Origin: Candidatus Acidiferrum sp.
GTDB lineage: Bacteria > Acidobacteriota > Terriglobia > Acidiferrales > UBA7541
Assembly (NCBI GenBank): GCA_035314845.1
Contig: DATFYV010000269.1
Location: forward strand, 1-35,695
Direction of reading: 5' to 3'
DNA length: 35,695 nucleotides
Of the stretch, positions 9,792-19,106 are shown one piece after another; positions within the stretch are counted from its first letter, which is position 1; each line of letters starts with the position of its first letter. The notes under the pieces are model-generated. The model did not search any database. It had not been told where the DNA came from and was given only the letters and a program-made list of their open reading frames with translations. The position numbers were made by a program, and so were the translations under genes.

Positions 9792-10733
9792 ATGCATCCA
9801 ACCGCAAACCAACAAGACGGTTACGTTCGTTTTATCGAGGCGCAAGGACTTCCCGTTTTTGCAGCACAAGGATCGCTGTGGGTGGAAAAGCGCAAATTTT
9901 TCTATGAAAGCATTCCGCAACATCGGCGTGTGCATTTGCGACCACAGGCAGCGGCGCGGCTTTTCCGGGGTGGTGCCGCGGTACTGCGGTATACCTGTGA
10001 AGAACATGAAGGCGATCCCAGCTTTGAATATGTTTGCTCGCAGAAGCCCTTTTCACTCGAGGCGCTTTCCTCAGACGCGCGGCGCCGCGTGCGTCGCGGC
10101 TTGGAATCCTGCGAAATTCGGCCCGCAGATTTTACGTTGCTGGCGGAGCGCGGTTGCGCCATCAACCGGAGCACGTTGGAACGTCAAGGCCGATCGGGTG
10201 TCGAGTGGATGACCGATGAAGCGGTCTGGCGACGGTACATGACCGCGTGCGCCGGGATACCCAACGTACATGCTTTAGGAGCCTTCGTTGAGGGGCAATT
10301 GTGCGGATACTCGATGGCCGTGACCGTCGACGACTACGCCTATCTCTATCACACACAAGCTTTGTCGGAGTATCTGAAATATAGCCCAGTAAACGCCTTA
10401 ACCTATGCGATGACGAAAGCGATGCTGGAATGCGAAGGCATTCAAAACGTTTCGCAAGGGCTGGAGTCGTTTCAGCCGCTGCCGGAAGTCGAAAAGTTTA
10501 AGCTGGGCCTGGGATTTCGCAAAAGAGCCTTGGGACGAAAAGTGGTGATAAATCCGCTGGCGCGACCGTTGTTCTCCTCTCCGGCGATTTGGCTGGCGAA
10601 GAACGCGCTGGCTAAGTTCAAGCCTGGATTGGCTGAAGATTTCGCGACGTTCACGACTTCGCTGCGCAATCGCGCGACCACGCTAAGCCGCGGCGAAGCA
10701 TCATCTGGTAAATCAACTGGCGGGAATTTGTAA
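9792..10733 (+). CDS. GNAT/FemAB-like acyl- or aminoacyl-transferase
   Basis: LSSDARRRVRRGL helix, GAFVEGQLCGY, SPVNALTY and EKFKLGLGF resemble FemAB/acetyltransferase-6 folds. Start moved to ATG 9792 to avoid overlap with asnB. Confidence 0.65.
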   Translation: MHPTANQQDGYVRFIEAQGLPVFAAQGSLWVEKRKFFYESIPQHRRVHLRPQAAARLFRGGAAVLRYTCEEHEGDPSFEYVCSQKPFSLEALSSDARRRVRRGLESCEIRPADFTLLAERGCAINRSTLERQGRSGVEWMTDEAVWRRYMTACAGIPNVHALGAFVEGQLCGYSMAVTVDDYAYLYHTQALSEYLKYSPVNALTYAMTKAMLECEGIQNVSQGLESFQPLPEVEKFKLGLGFRKRALGRKVVINPLARPLFSSPAIWLAKNALAKFKPGLAEDFATFTTSLRNRATTLSRGEASSGKSTGGNL

Positions 10734-10784
10734 CTGCGTGAGCGGCCGAGCGATTCATAGCCAGGGTTGGAGAATACGAAGGTC

Positions 10785-12053
10785 ATGAGATTTCTGATTT
10801 TCACGCAATATTATCCGCCGGAGATTGGCGCTGCGTCCACGCGGTTGGATGCTATGGCGCGGGAGCTGAGGGATCTCGGGCACGAGGTGGAAATTGTCAC
10901 CGCGTTGGCTAACTATCCGAAAGGCGAGATCTTTCCCGAATATCGCGGGAGTTTTTACCGCCGCGAGATGCGCAATGGAATTGAAGTCCACCGCGTTTGG
11001 GTTTACGCCTCGGTTGGCAGTGGCATGGTGCGGATGCTGAACTACTGTTCATTTTGTGTCACCGCAATTGTTGGGCTATCCCGCGCCAAAAAGCCGGACT
11101 ACCTTTTTGTGGAATCACCTCCATTGATGCTGAGCGTCCCGGCTTATTTATATTCGGTGGTACGCGGAGTTCCATTCATCTTGAACATAGCAGATTTGTG
11201 GCCGGACACGATCGCGGAAATGGGTTTGCTGGGGAAGGGAATCGCGCTCGATCTACTCTATTGGCTGGAGCGTTGGAGCTATCGCAAAGCTGCGTATGTC
11301 AATGCCGTAACGGAGGGACTACGCAATGACCTGTTGGAGAAAAAAAATGTTCCGCGCGAAAAAGTCCTCTTTCTGCCAAACGGGGCGGATACCCGGCGCT
11401 ATCGGCCGGAACCCGAGGATGCCGGGCTGAAAGAACGGCTGGGGCTAACCGGGAAACAAATCGTCTTGTACGCTGGCACGCTGGGACGCGCGCATGGTCT
11501 GGAACACGTATTGGAAGCAGCGCATTTGCTGCAGAGCCATCGGAACATACACTTTCTATTTCTGGGCGACGGTTCGGAGCGCGCGGCTTTAGAGAGTCTG
11601 CAAAAGCGATTGGAGCTTAGCAACGTGACTTTTCTTGACCCCGTTTCCCTCGAACAGTTGGCCCCGTACCATTCGATAGCCGAGTGCGGTTTGGTTTCGT
11701 TGCGAAATATTCCGATATTCGAAGGCGCCCGGCCATCAAAAATGTTCCCCATGCTGGCTTCCGGAAAACCCATCATATTTTTTGGGAACGGGGAGGGAGC
11801 GCGCCTTATCGAGCGAGCCAACGCCGGGATCGTGGTGCCGGCGGAAAATGCGCCAGCGTTTGCGGAAGCGGTCTCACGGCTATTCAGCGATCGTGATTTG
11901 ACGGTGCAGCTCGGCGCCAACGGCAGGAAATTCGTGGAATTGCACCACCAATGGTCCAAGCTCGTAACCGACTGGGTAGCAAGCTTGCCGGCCTGCGGGG
12001 CGCAAACAAAATCGTCTGGCCTAGAACCAGCGCGCACGACCGATCGCGTCTAG
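10785..12053 (+). CDS. Glycosyltransferase family 4 (WbuB-like)
   Basis: Motifs MRFLIFTQYYPPEIGAASTR, NYPKG, ESPPL, DLWPD, LYAGTLGRAHGLE and PSKMFPMLASGKPI. Confidence 0.9.
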   Translation: MRFLIFTQYYPPEIGAASTRLDAMARELRDLGHEVEIVTALANYPKGEIFPEYRGSFYRREMRNGIEVHRVWVYASVGSGMVRMLNYCSFCVTAIVGLSRAKKPDYLFVESPPLMLSVPAYLYSVVRGVPFILNIADLWPDTIAEMGLLGKGIALDLLYWLERWSYRKAAYVNAVTEGLRNDLLEKKNVPREKVLFLPNGADTRRYRPEPEDAGLKERLGLTGKQIVLYAGTLGRAHGLEHVLEAAHLLQSHRNIHFLFLGDGSERAALESLQKRLELSNVTFLDPVSLEQLAPYHSIAECGLVSLRNIPIFEGARPSKMFPMLASGKPIIFFGNGEGARLIERANAGIVVPAENAPAFAEAVSRLFSDRDLTVQLGANGRKFVELHHQWSKLVTDWVASLPACGAQTKSSGLEPARTTDRV

Positions 12054-12079
12054 AGCACGATGCCAAGGAGGAGTTCTTA

Positions 12080-13249
12080 ATGTCACTGTTGGCAACAAAA
12101 TTTCTACCGTTTCACCAGGCGTTTATCGGGGAAGAAGAAATTCGAAGCGTTGCCGAGGTAATGCGTAGTGGCTGGCTGACGAGCGGTCCGCGCGCGAAGG
12201 AGTTTGAAGCATGTTTTGCGCGATTTGTGGGAGCGGAGCACGCGGTCGCGGTTAATTCGTGTACGGCGGCGTTGCACCTGGCGCTCGCAGCGATTGGTCT
12301 TCAGGAGGGAGAAGAGGTGATTCTGCCGACCATGACCTTCGCGGCATCAGCCGAAGTGGTTCTGTACTTTAAGGCGCGACCCGTGCTCGTGGACTGCATA
12401 AATGGTTCCTTTCACATGGATCCGGCAGAGATCGAGAGAGCTGTTACCAGCCGCACGCGGGCCGTCGTTCCCGTGCACTATGGAGGGTATCCATGCGAAA
12501 TGGATAGTATTTTGGAAATAGCGCGTCGTAACAAAATGAAGGTAATCGAAGATGCGGCTCACGCGATGCCGTCCCGCTACAAGGGGAAGATGATTGGCGC
12601 CATCGGAGACATCACCTGCTTTTCCTTTTATGCCACGAAGACGCTGACGACTGGCGAAGGTGGAATGGCTACGACAGAGAATCAGGAATATGCGGAACGG
12701 ATGCGCAGACTGAGCCTGCACGGCATCAGCAAGGACGCCTGGAAACGCTACACCGCCGAAGGTAGCTGGAAGTACGACATTGCGGAAGCGGGTTATAAAT
12801 ATAACCTTCCAGATTTACAAGCGGCTATCGGACTGGTGCAGCTCGGAAAGTGCCACGCGATGCAAGCACGCCGCAGAGAGATTGCGGAGCAGTACACCGA
12901 GGAATTGGAGACGCTCGAGGGGTTTACGGCGCCGGCCACGGCATCAGATGAGGGTCACGCCTGGCATCTGTATGTCGTGCACGTGAATTCCGCGGCATTG
13001 AGAATCCGTCGTGACCAGGTGATCGAGGAATTGAAGAATCGCGGGATCGGAACATCGGTACATTTCATACCGTTGCACCTACACTCTCTATATCAACGGC
13101 ATCTTGGGTATCGTGAGGGACAGTTTCCGAATGCGGAAGAGCGCTTCTCTGGAGCGATTTCGCTTCCTCTCTATCCGGGCATGGATGACGCCGATGTCGG
13201 CCGAGTGATTGAAGCGCTGCGAGACGTGAATCGCGAATTTATTCGATAG
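12080..13249 (+). CDS. DegT/DnrJ/EryC1/StrS PLP-dependent nucleotide-sugar aminotransferase
   Basis: RBS AAGGAGGAG before ATG 12080. Motifs SGWLTSGP, VNSCTAALHL, IEDAAHA, FSFYATKTLTTGEGG (PLP lysine) and GYKYN. Confidence 0.95.
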   Translation: MSLLATKFLPFHQAFIGEEEIRSVAEVMRSGWLTSGPRAKEFEACFARFVGAEHAVAVNSCTAALHLALAAIGLQEGEEVILPTMTFAASAEVVLYFKARPVLVDCINGSFHMDPAEIERAVTSRTRAVVPVHYGGYPCEMDSILEIARRNKMKVIEDAAHAMPSRYKGKMIGAIGDITCFSFYATKTLTTGEGGMATTENQEYAERMRRLSLHGISKDAWKRYTAEGSWKYDIAEAGYKYNLPDLQAAIGLVQLGKCHAMQARRREIAEQYTEELETLEGFTAPATASDEGHAWHLYVVHVNSAALRIRRDQVIEELKNRGIGTSVHFIPLHLHSLYQRHLGYREGQFPNAEERFSGAISLPLYPGMDDADVGRVIEALRDVNREFIR

Positions 13250-13266
13250 GTTACGAGTGATCGGAA

Positions 13267-13941
13267 TTGAGCGAGACGTTTTATTCCCGGAGCGGCAAGA
13301 GGTATTTTGACGCAGCGGCGGCGTTGGCGGGGCTTGCGGTTCTATGGCCGCTTTTTCTAGTTGTGGCGATCGCTATTAAGATGACCGATCGCGGGCCGGT
13401 TTTCTTCCGGCAAACCAGGGTCGGCCAGTTCGGCCGCGAATTCCGAATTTTGAAATTTCGGTCGATGCTCCACGAGCGAGGTTCAACGGGCCCTTTGCTG
13501 ACCGCGTCTGGGGATGAGCGAATCACGACGGTGGGTAAATGGCTGCGGAAGACAAAGATCGACGAACTACCGCAACTGTTGAATGTCGCCTCTGGAGAAA
13601 TGAGTCTGGTGGGGCCGCGGCCCGAAATTCCTCACTATGTAGCGCTATACACCGAAGGGCAAAAACGAGTTCTTGAGGTGAAGCCGGGCATCACAGGGCC
13701 CAGCGCGAATGTCTATGAAGAGGAGCTACTCGCGGGTGAGGAGGATCAAGAAAGCGCCTATATCCACAGGATTCTACCTCCCAAATTAGCAATCGATTGC
13801 ATTTACTGTGACAACGTCAGTTTCTTGGGGGACCTGCGACTGATATTCGCGACGTTTTTTAAGATATTCGCGAGTTTTGGTTCCACGGGCGCCTCCGCGA
13901 TTTCGTCCGAGAAGCAGATCGAAAAACCTCTGAAGACGTAG
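13267..13941 (+). CDS. Monotopic phosphoglycosyl transferase (PglC-like bacterial sugar transferase), TTG start
   Basis: Motifs KRYFD, GPVFFRQTRVG, KFRSM, LRKTKIDELPQLLNV, GEMSLVGPRPE and KPGITG. Confidence 0.93.
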   Translation: MSETFYSRSGKRYFDAAAALAGLAVLWPLFLVVAIAIKMTDRGPVFFRQTRVGQFGREFRILKFRSMLHERGSTGPLLTASGDERITTVGKWLRKTKIDELPQLLNVASGEMSLVGPRPEIPHYVALYTEGQKRVLEVKPGITGPSANVYEEELLAGEEDQESAYIHRILPPKLAIDCIYCDNVSFLGDLRLIFATFFKIFASFGSTGASAISSEKQIEKPLKT

Positions 13942-13956
13942 GCTCGAAAAATAAAC

Positions 13957-15900
13957 ATGCCGAGCAGTGATACACCATTGACGAGACAGGCTCGCGGGTC
14001 ATCTATGAACAAATCATTCACGCTCTATTCCCGCTTAAACCAGGTAATTCTGGATAGCGGAACCTTCGTCCTCTCGCTCTTTGCGGCGTACGCCATCCGT
14101 TTCGAGGCTTGGCCGGCGGGCGCTGACATGCGCCAGCTATTGCTGTGGATGCCGGTGCTCATTGCCGCCCGGCTGCTGGTCCATGTACTATGCGGAATAT
14201 ACCGGCACGTTTGGAGATTTGTATCCTTTTCTGACACCATCGAGATGGCGAAGTCGACCGCGATTGTTTCGCTCGCGCTCGTGGCGTTACGACTTTTTGC
14301 ACCCGGTCACGGCGCCTTGCAGGAATGGTTGCGACTCCCGCTCGGCGTAATCGCGATGGAAGGAACGTTCTCCCTGACTCTGTCGATGAGCGTGCGCGCG
14401 CTTCGCCGGGCTCTGTATGCGAGGCAAAGAAGATCAAAAGCCGCAACTGGACTCCCCGCCAAGCGAGTACTGCTGTATGGCGCCGGCAGAGCGGGAATCA
14501 TGCTGCGAAAGGAACTGGAGACCAATCTCGCCTACGATGTGGTGGGATTTGTGGACGATGACCCTAAGAAACTGGGGTCCGTGATCAGTAATACGCGGGT
14601 GGCGGGGAGCGGCGACCAGATTGAAAGACTCGTTGAAAAGTATCGCGTAGACGAAGTCATCATTAGCATGGCCACCGCCAGCCGCATGACGCTGGCGCTG
14701 GCCCTTGCCAAGTGCCGTCGCGCAAATATTCCGGCGAAAATCATACCCAGCCTGCAGGAGATTCTCACTGGCCAGATGCACATCAGCCAACTGCGAGAAA
14801 CTCGCATGGAGGAAGTGCTGGGGCGTGAAAGCGTGGAGGTGCTGGAATTCGAGCAGATCGCTGGTTCCACGTACCGGGGGAAACGTGTCTTGGTTACGGG
14901 GGCGGGAGGCTCCATCGGAAGTGAATTGGTGCGGCAACTGGCGCGCTTGTCGCCCTCGAGCATTGCGATTCTTGATAAGGACGAAAACTCCATTTATGAA
15001 CTGGAGCAGGAATTTGTGCGGCGCAAGTCGACTGTCGCCGTTGAACCGCAGATCGCCGACGTGCGTGATGCGGGCCGGCTGCAAGCGGTTTTTTCTGGAT
15101 TTCGTCCGCACATGGTATTTCATGCCGCGGCGCATAAACACGTACCGTTGATGGAATTGCACCCGTGCGAAGCGGTGCTGAACAACGTGGGTGGCACGAG
15201 CAATGTTCTCCACGCGTCAGCGCAATTCGGCGTGGAACGCTTTGTCTTTATTTCTTCCGATAAGGCAGTCAATCCAGTGAACGTTATGGGAGCGACGAAA
15301 CGCATTGGTGAGATGCTCGTGCAATCTTCGATCCATTCAGGCAGAACACGCTTTGCATGTGTCCGCTTCGGAAACGTGCTGGGCAGCCGGGGTAGTGTGA
15401 TTCCGTTGTTTCAGAAGCAAATTGCCCAAGGTGGACCAGTCACCGTCACGCATCCCGACGTGGTTCGTTACTTTATGACTATCCAGGAAGCGGTACAGCT
15501 CATTCTGTGCGCTGGCACATTGGCGCAGGGAGGCGAGACCTTTGTGCTGGACATGGGCAACCCCCGCAACATTCTGGAACTTGCCAACGAAATGATTGTG
15601 CTTTCCGGGCTGGAGCCCGGAAAGGACATTGAGACGAAGATAATTGGATTGCGGCCGGGCGAGAAGCTGTTCGAGGAACTCGTGGCTCCGTCGGAAAGAT
15701 TGCTGCAAACATCGTTTGAGAAACTTTCTCTGATCGAACCGTCGCCGTGCGACCAGCAGCTGCTCAGCGAACTGGTGGATAGGCTTATGTCAATGGCGAA
15801 GAATAATGATAATCGGGAGGTGCACCGAATCCTGAGTGATATGGGACTTGGTTTCCAGTCGCAAGGATTGAAAGCCTGTGCCGCTTCCGCGTCAGACTAG
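13957..15900 (+). CDS. Membrane-bound UDP-GlcNAc 4,6-dehydratase (PglF/WbpM/CapD family); start may be 14005
   Basis: Four N-terminal TM helices, YGAGRAG, GFVDDD, VLVTGAGGSIGSEL, FHAAAHKHVP, ISSDKAVNPVNVMGATKR, VRFGNVLGSRGSV and GLRPGEKLFEEL. Confidence 0.95.
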   Translation: MPSSDTPLTRQARGSSMNKSFTLYSRLNQVILDSGTFVLSLFAAYAIRFEAWPAGADMRQLLLWMPVLIAARLLVHVLCGIYRHVWRFVSFSDTIEMAKSTAIVSLALVALRLFAPGHGALQEWLRLPLGVIAMEGTFSLTLSMSVRALRRALYARQRRSKAATGLPAKRVLLYGAGRAGIMLRKELETNLAYDVVGFVDDDPKKLGSVISNTRVAGSGDQIERLVEKYRVDEVIISMATASRMTLALALAKCRRANIPAKIIPSLQEILTGQMHISQLRETRMEEVLGRESVEVLEFEQIAGSTYRGKRVLVTGAGGSIGSELVRQLARLSPSSIAILDKDENSIYELEQEFVRRKSTVAVEPQIADVRDAGRLQAVFSGFRPHMVFHAAAHKHVPLMELHPCEAVLNNVGGTSNVLHASAQFGVERFVFISSDKAVNPVNVMGATKRIGEMLVQSSIHSGRTRFACVRFGNVLGSRGSVIPLFQKQIAQGGPVTVTHPDVVRYFMTIQEAVQLILCAGTLAQGGETFVLDMGNPRNILELANEMIVLSGLEPGKDIETKIIGLRPGEKLFEELVAPSERLLQTSFEKLSLIEPSPCDQQLLSELVDRLMSMAKNNDNREVHRILSDMGLGFQSQGLKACAASASD

Positions 15901-15952
15901 CGCGAGGACCGCATGTGGGAGCCGGGCAAACGCCTTCGACATCCGTTCCGGA

Positions 15953-15998
15953 TACAAAGAAGTGCCGCGCATTGTCTGGCCGTGCGCGGTATTTTGTG
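15953..15998. terminator. Probable bidirectional intrinsic terminator between convergent genes
   Basis: Stem TGCCGCGCAT / GTGCGCGGTA (15963-15991), followed by TTTTGT on + and CTTCTTTGT on -. Confidence 0.55.
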
Positions 15999-16015
15999 AG
16001 CCGAACTGAGGGCTA

Positions 16016-17089
16016 TTATTTTTGGGCTTGACTGGACGTGCTCACCTGCCCGAGCGGTTGCAATTGGCCCTTCAGCCATTCGAACCTTCGCCCGCCAACA
16101 ACGGCTGCCATGTGTTGCACCTTGCTGGGGTAGTGATAGACATCCACATTCTTCGGTGCCGCGGCTTCCATATCCGCTTTGGCCTTCTGGTTCAGCGCGT
16201 CTTCGGTGTCGACGAATTGCAAGAATACTTTTTGCGTCGTCAATTTGGGCAGCCACTTCACGGGGTCCAGTGGCGCGAGCTTGGCCAGAAATTCCGGTGT
16301 GAGCATCGGCTCGCGTTCCCCTTTCGCAAGATTAATTGTCTTGGCCACCCAATTTGGCCAATCGCCCCAGGGCTCCAATGCATCGACTGCTTTAATCCGT
16401 GAATCCGCAGCAGCTGCCAGGATGGCCACGGTGGCGCCGGAGCCGTTGCCGAGCAATCCCACGTTGCTCATGTCCAAATCGCCGCGGGTTTGCAAATAGT
16501 TCAGGACCATCTGCACGTCGTGCACCGTGGTACCGAGGGATTCTGGCAATTCCGACAAAAAAGTCTGCTTCATCGGGCGACTCTGGAAGCGATCCTTGGT
16601 CAGAGCGCCCACAAATCCCACCGCCGCATAACCCCCGCTGGTCGCACGTTCCGCCCAACTCTCGTTGTTAAAAGCATCGATTCCCGCTGGATATCCGTAT
16701 AGGTATACGATCACGGGAGGCTTTTCCACGCCCACCGGCTTGAGAATATATAGCTCAAAGGGATCCAGCTCCCGCCACTGCACGCGGACGCGCTCGAACG
16801 TAAACTTGTCATGCGTTGCGTGGCTCAGTGGTATTGGGGGGAAGGTCTTAAGTTCGCTCTTGTCCAACGTCAGGGTGCTGAAATCCTCGGGCGTGCGCGG
16901 CAGATGATAGTTCTCCAGCTGGCTTTGATCCGGCGGATTCACGGATGATTCCGGGGCGGCCGGCGAAGTCGGCTGCGGAGCTTGCTGTGGTGGCGCGGGC
17001 TGTTGCGCGTGGGCGCGCGAGGCCATAGCAGAAGCCAATAGTAGTATTGCAGCAAATCGTCGAATGCTCTCGTTCTTAATGCGGTTCAT
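16016..17089 (-). CDS. Exported alpha/beta-hydrolase-fold protein (acetyl-xylan-esterase/dienelactone-hydrolase-like) with non-canonical nucleophile elbow
   Basis: Start reassigned to ATG 17089 (MNRIKNESIRRFAAILLLASAMASRAHA-QQ signal peptide, then a Pro/Gln linker). Motifs PVIVYLYG, DVQMVLNYLQTRGDLDMSNVGLLGNGSGATVAILAAAADSRIKAV and LDPVKWLPKL. Confidence 0.8.
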   Translation of the reverse strand: MNRIKNESIRRFAAILLLASAMASRAHAQQPAPPQQAPQPTSPAAPESSVNPPDQSQLENYHLPRTPEDFSTLTLDKSELKTFPPIPLSHATHDKFTFERVRVQWRELDPFELYILKPVGVEKPPVIVYLYGYPAGIDAFNNESWAERATSGGYAAVGFVGALTKDRFQSRPMKQTFLSELPESLGTTVHDVQMVLNYLQTRGDLDMSNVGLLGNGSGATVAILAAAADSRIKAVDALEPWGDWPNWVAKTINLAKGEREPMLTPEFLAKLAPLDPVKWLPKLTTQKVFLQFVDTEDALNQKAKADMEAAAPKNVDVYHYPSKVQHMAAVVGGRRFEWLKGQLQPLGQVSTSSQAQK

Positions 17090-17117
17090 CGCCAAATCCT
17101 CGCTCCCCAGATAGGTG

Positions 17118-17154
17118 CAAACAAAGAAGCAGGCGGCTCCGAAAAGCCGCCTGC
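17118..17154 (-). terminator. Intrinsic terminator downstream of the 642-aa gene
   Basis: On the - strand: GCAGGCGGCT-TTTCGG-AGCCGCCTGC (perfect 10-bp stem, UUCG-containing loop) followed by TTCTTTGTTT. Confidence 0.85.
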
Positions 17155-17177
17155 CGTTATCTCGCCGACAGTAAAAA

Positions 17178-19106
17178 TTACTGTACGAGGTTGGTGAGGC
17201 CGTCATCGGCGTTGCTGGTGCCAACGCAAGTGTTGGTGCGGCCGGTGGCATCGAACTGGTAGTTGACGTCGTTCTGGATGAGGAAGATTGCTCCGCCCAT
17301 AGCCTGGCCGAGGTCGTTCCCGTAGCCGACGGCGCAGCCATTGCCGTTGCGCGCGCCGATGCCGGCAACATTGGCATCGCGGTGCGAACGGAAGGCCAGC
17401 ATCTGTCCGGCGGGTACGAAGTCAGAGAACTTCACCGCCGACGCCGGCAAACCGCCCAGCAGGTCGTCGAAGACCGAGCCATCGCCAACCGACACGTTGT
17501 TGTTTACGATAGCTTGGACGAGCGACCAGGAGCCGTAGGATCCGTCGATGACGTGCGTGAAGGGCAGCACCGGGCAAGGGGGTGTCCCGCAGATCGGCGG
17601 ATTCAGCGCGCCGTCGGGGTTGTCGTTGGAATGCGTGAAGACGGGGTCCACTCCGTCCAGCAGCAGGTAGTGCCCAAGTGGGGGCGCTCCGCCATTGGCA
17701 ACGGAATTGTACTGGTTGCCGGTGAGGCCGCCGTGCGTGCCACGGAGGTTCTTGAGGTTGCCGTAGCTCCAGAACGCGTAGCCGATGCGGTTAGCGGTCG
17801 GAACGAAGCCGGCGCGGGCAGCTTGGTTGCAGGGTGCGATGTTACCGCAAACGGCGGCAACCATTTGCCCGGTGCCGATGACGCGCAACCGGGTGCCACC
17901 CGAGGCGGCAACGATGTTCAGGGCGTTGTTGACGCCGCCAGCAGGCGGGTTCACGAAATCTTCCTGAGAGAGTTGCACGTCGTGGGTGCGGGGAACCGTG
18001 AATTCAAACGTGTTGTAGGTTCCGGAAAGAGGTTCGCGGGTGATTACGGTCAAGCCGCAGAGGTTGGCTCCGGTTGCGCCAGGGCCCTGGGCGCAGTTGG
18101 CGGCCACGGCAGCGCCGTTGGAGAGTACGTCGGTGGTGCGCGTCAGGCTGCCGTCGAACACGTAAGATGCAGTGAAGCGGTCTACGTTGTTCGCCAGGTA
18201 CGGGCCTGCGGTCCACGGGCCGACGGCGGTTTCCGCCGGAACCAAGCCGTTGCCCAGTCCGGTAACGGAGTTGTCTGCGTTGCTAACGATGATCATGACT
18301 GGAATGCCGCCAACGGGGAAGGTCTGCCAGCGAACCGGGGCAAGTCCAGAAATGGGATCCAAGCCCAGCGGCGCGATCTCAAAGTCCACCGGGGTGGCAA
18401 GCTGTCCGCCGTAGCTGCTCTGAATGGAAGTGCCGACCAGCGTGCTTCCGAAGGTAAACGGGTCGGTCCAATCGCCATAGCCCAAACCGCCGCGAGATTG
18501 CGGGGCAGCTGGGACCTTGGACAAGGCGCGGGCGGTGGCATACTGCGCGTCTTCGGGACGGATGTCCGAGAAGCAGATGTTCATGGTGGTGCCGGCGTAG
18601 GGAGCGTTCAATCCGCCGTTGATGGCGGTGAAAATGACCTGCGGAAGGGGCACAGCGGCTTCGCTGGCCAAAGAGCCGACGAGGCTGTCACCGTTTACCA
18701 AGCCGGTGTTGTTGGCGGCGTCGATGTACAGGTCGGCGCGTGGGTTGGCCATATAGCCGCGAACCCCGATACCAGAGTCCACTGCGACGTAAAGGCACGC
18801 GACGGTTGCCGTCGTGCCGTTCGGGAGTCCGTCCCAAGTGACCCAGACGTTGGCCTGTTCGTCAACGATGTTGGTGCCGTGCAGGCCGGTGCGGTTGTCG
18901 TGCATCCAGCCGCCGTTTTTCTTGCTCCAGTGGTTTAGTCCGCAGTGCGCTCCCGCGGTGTTCACGGCATCGTCTCCGATGGCGTTAAACACTGCGGAGG
19001 AACCTGCGGCCGCGATGCTGACTGCGATTGCTGCATCGGCCTGGGGGGCGAAAAGTGCCGCCGCCGCAAGCGTCGCAGTTAATGCGAGTGGCTTTAAAAA
19101 CTTCAT
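17178..19106 (-). CDS. Large exported protein with PstS/type-2 periplasmic-binding-like motifs; candidate abundant surface (S-layer-like) protein
   Basis: RBS AGAGGAG 7 nt before ATG 19106 and Sec signal MKFLKPLALTATLAAAALFAPQADA. Motifs AAGSSAVF, NICFSD, ITREPLSGTYNTFE and RIGYA. Gly/Ala/Asn/Thr-rich with 11 Cys. Confidence 0.7.
   Translation of the reverse strand: MKFLKPLALTATLAAAALFAPQADAAIAVSIAAAGSSAVFNAIGDDAVNTAGAHCGLNHWSKKNGGWMHDNRTGLHGTNIVDEQANVWVTWDGLPNGTTATVACLYVAVDSGIGVRGYMANPRADLYIDAANNTGLVNGDSLVGSLASEAAVPLPQVIFTAINGGLNAPYAGTTMNICFSDIRPEDAQYATARALSKVPAAPQSRGGLGYGDWTDPFTFGSTLVGTSIQSSYGGQLATPVDFEIAPLGLDPISGLAPVRWQTFPVGGIPVMIIVSNADNSVTGLGNGLVPAETAVGPWTAGPYLANNVDRFTASYVFDGSLTRTTDVLSNGAAVAANCAQGPGATGANLCGLTVITREPLSGTYNTFEFTVPRTHDVQLSQEDFVNPPAGGVNNALNIVAASGGTRLRVIGTGQMVAAVCGNIAPCNQAARAGFVPTANRIGYAFWSYGNLKNLRGTHGGLTGNQYNSVANGGAPPLGHYLLLDGVDPVFTHSNDNPDGALNPPICGTPPCPVLPFTHVIDGSYGSWSLVQAIVNNNVSVGDGSVFDDLLGGLPASAVKFSDFVPAGQMLAFRSHRDANVAGIGARNGNGCAVGYGNDLGQAMGGAIFLIQNDVNYQFDATGRTNTCVGTSNADDGLTNLVQ

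Noticed and set aside
17090-17377. N-terminal extension of the 453-aa ORF in the track
   Set aside because: It overlaps the upstream gene's 3' end and its terminator. The signal peptide begins at ATG 17089.
17382-18938. 518-aa + strand ORF
   Set aside because: Antisense shadow of the strongly codon-biased 642-aa gene, with no recognisable protein motifs.
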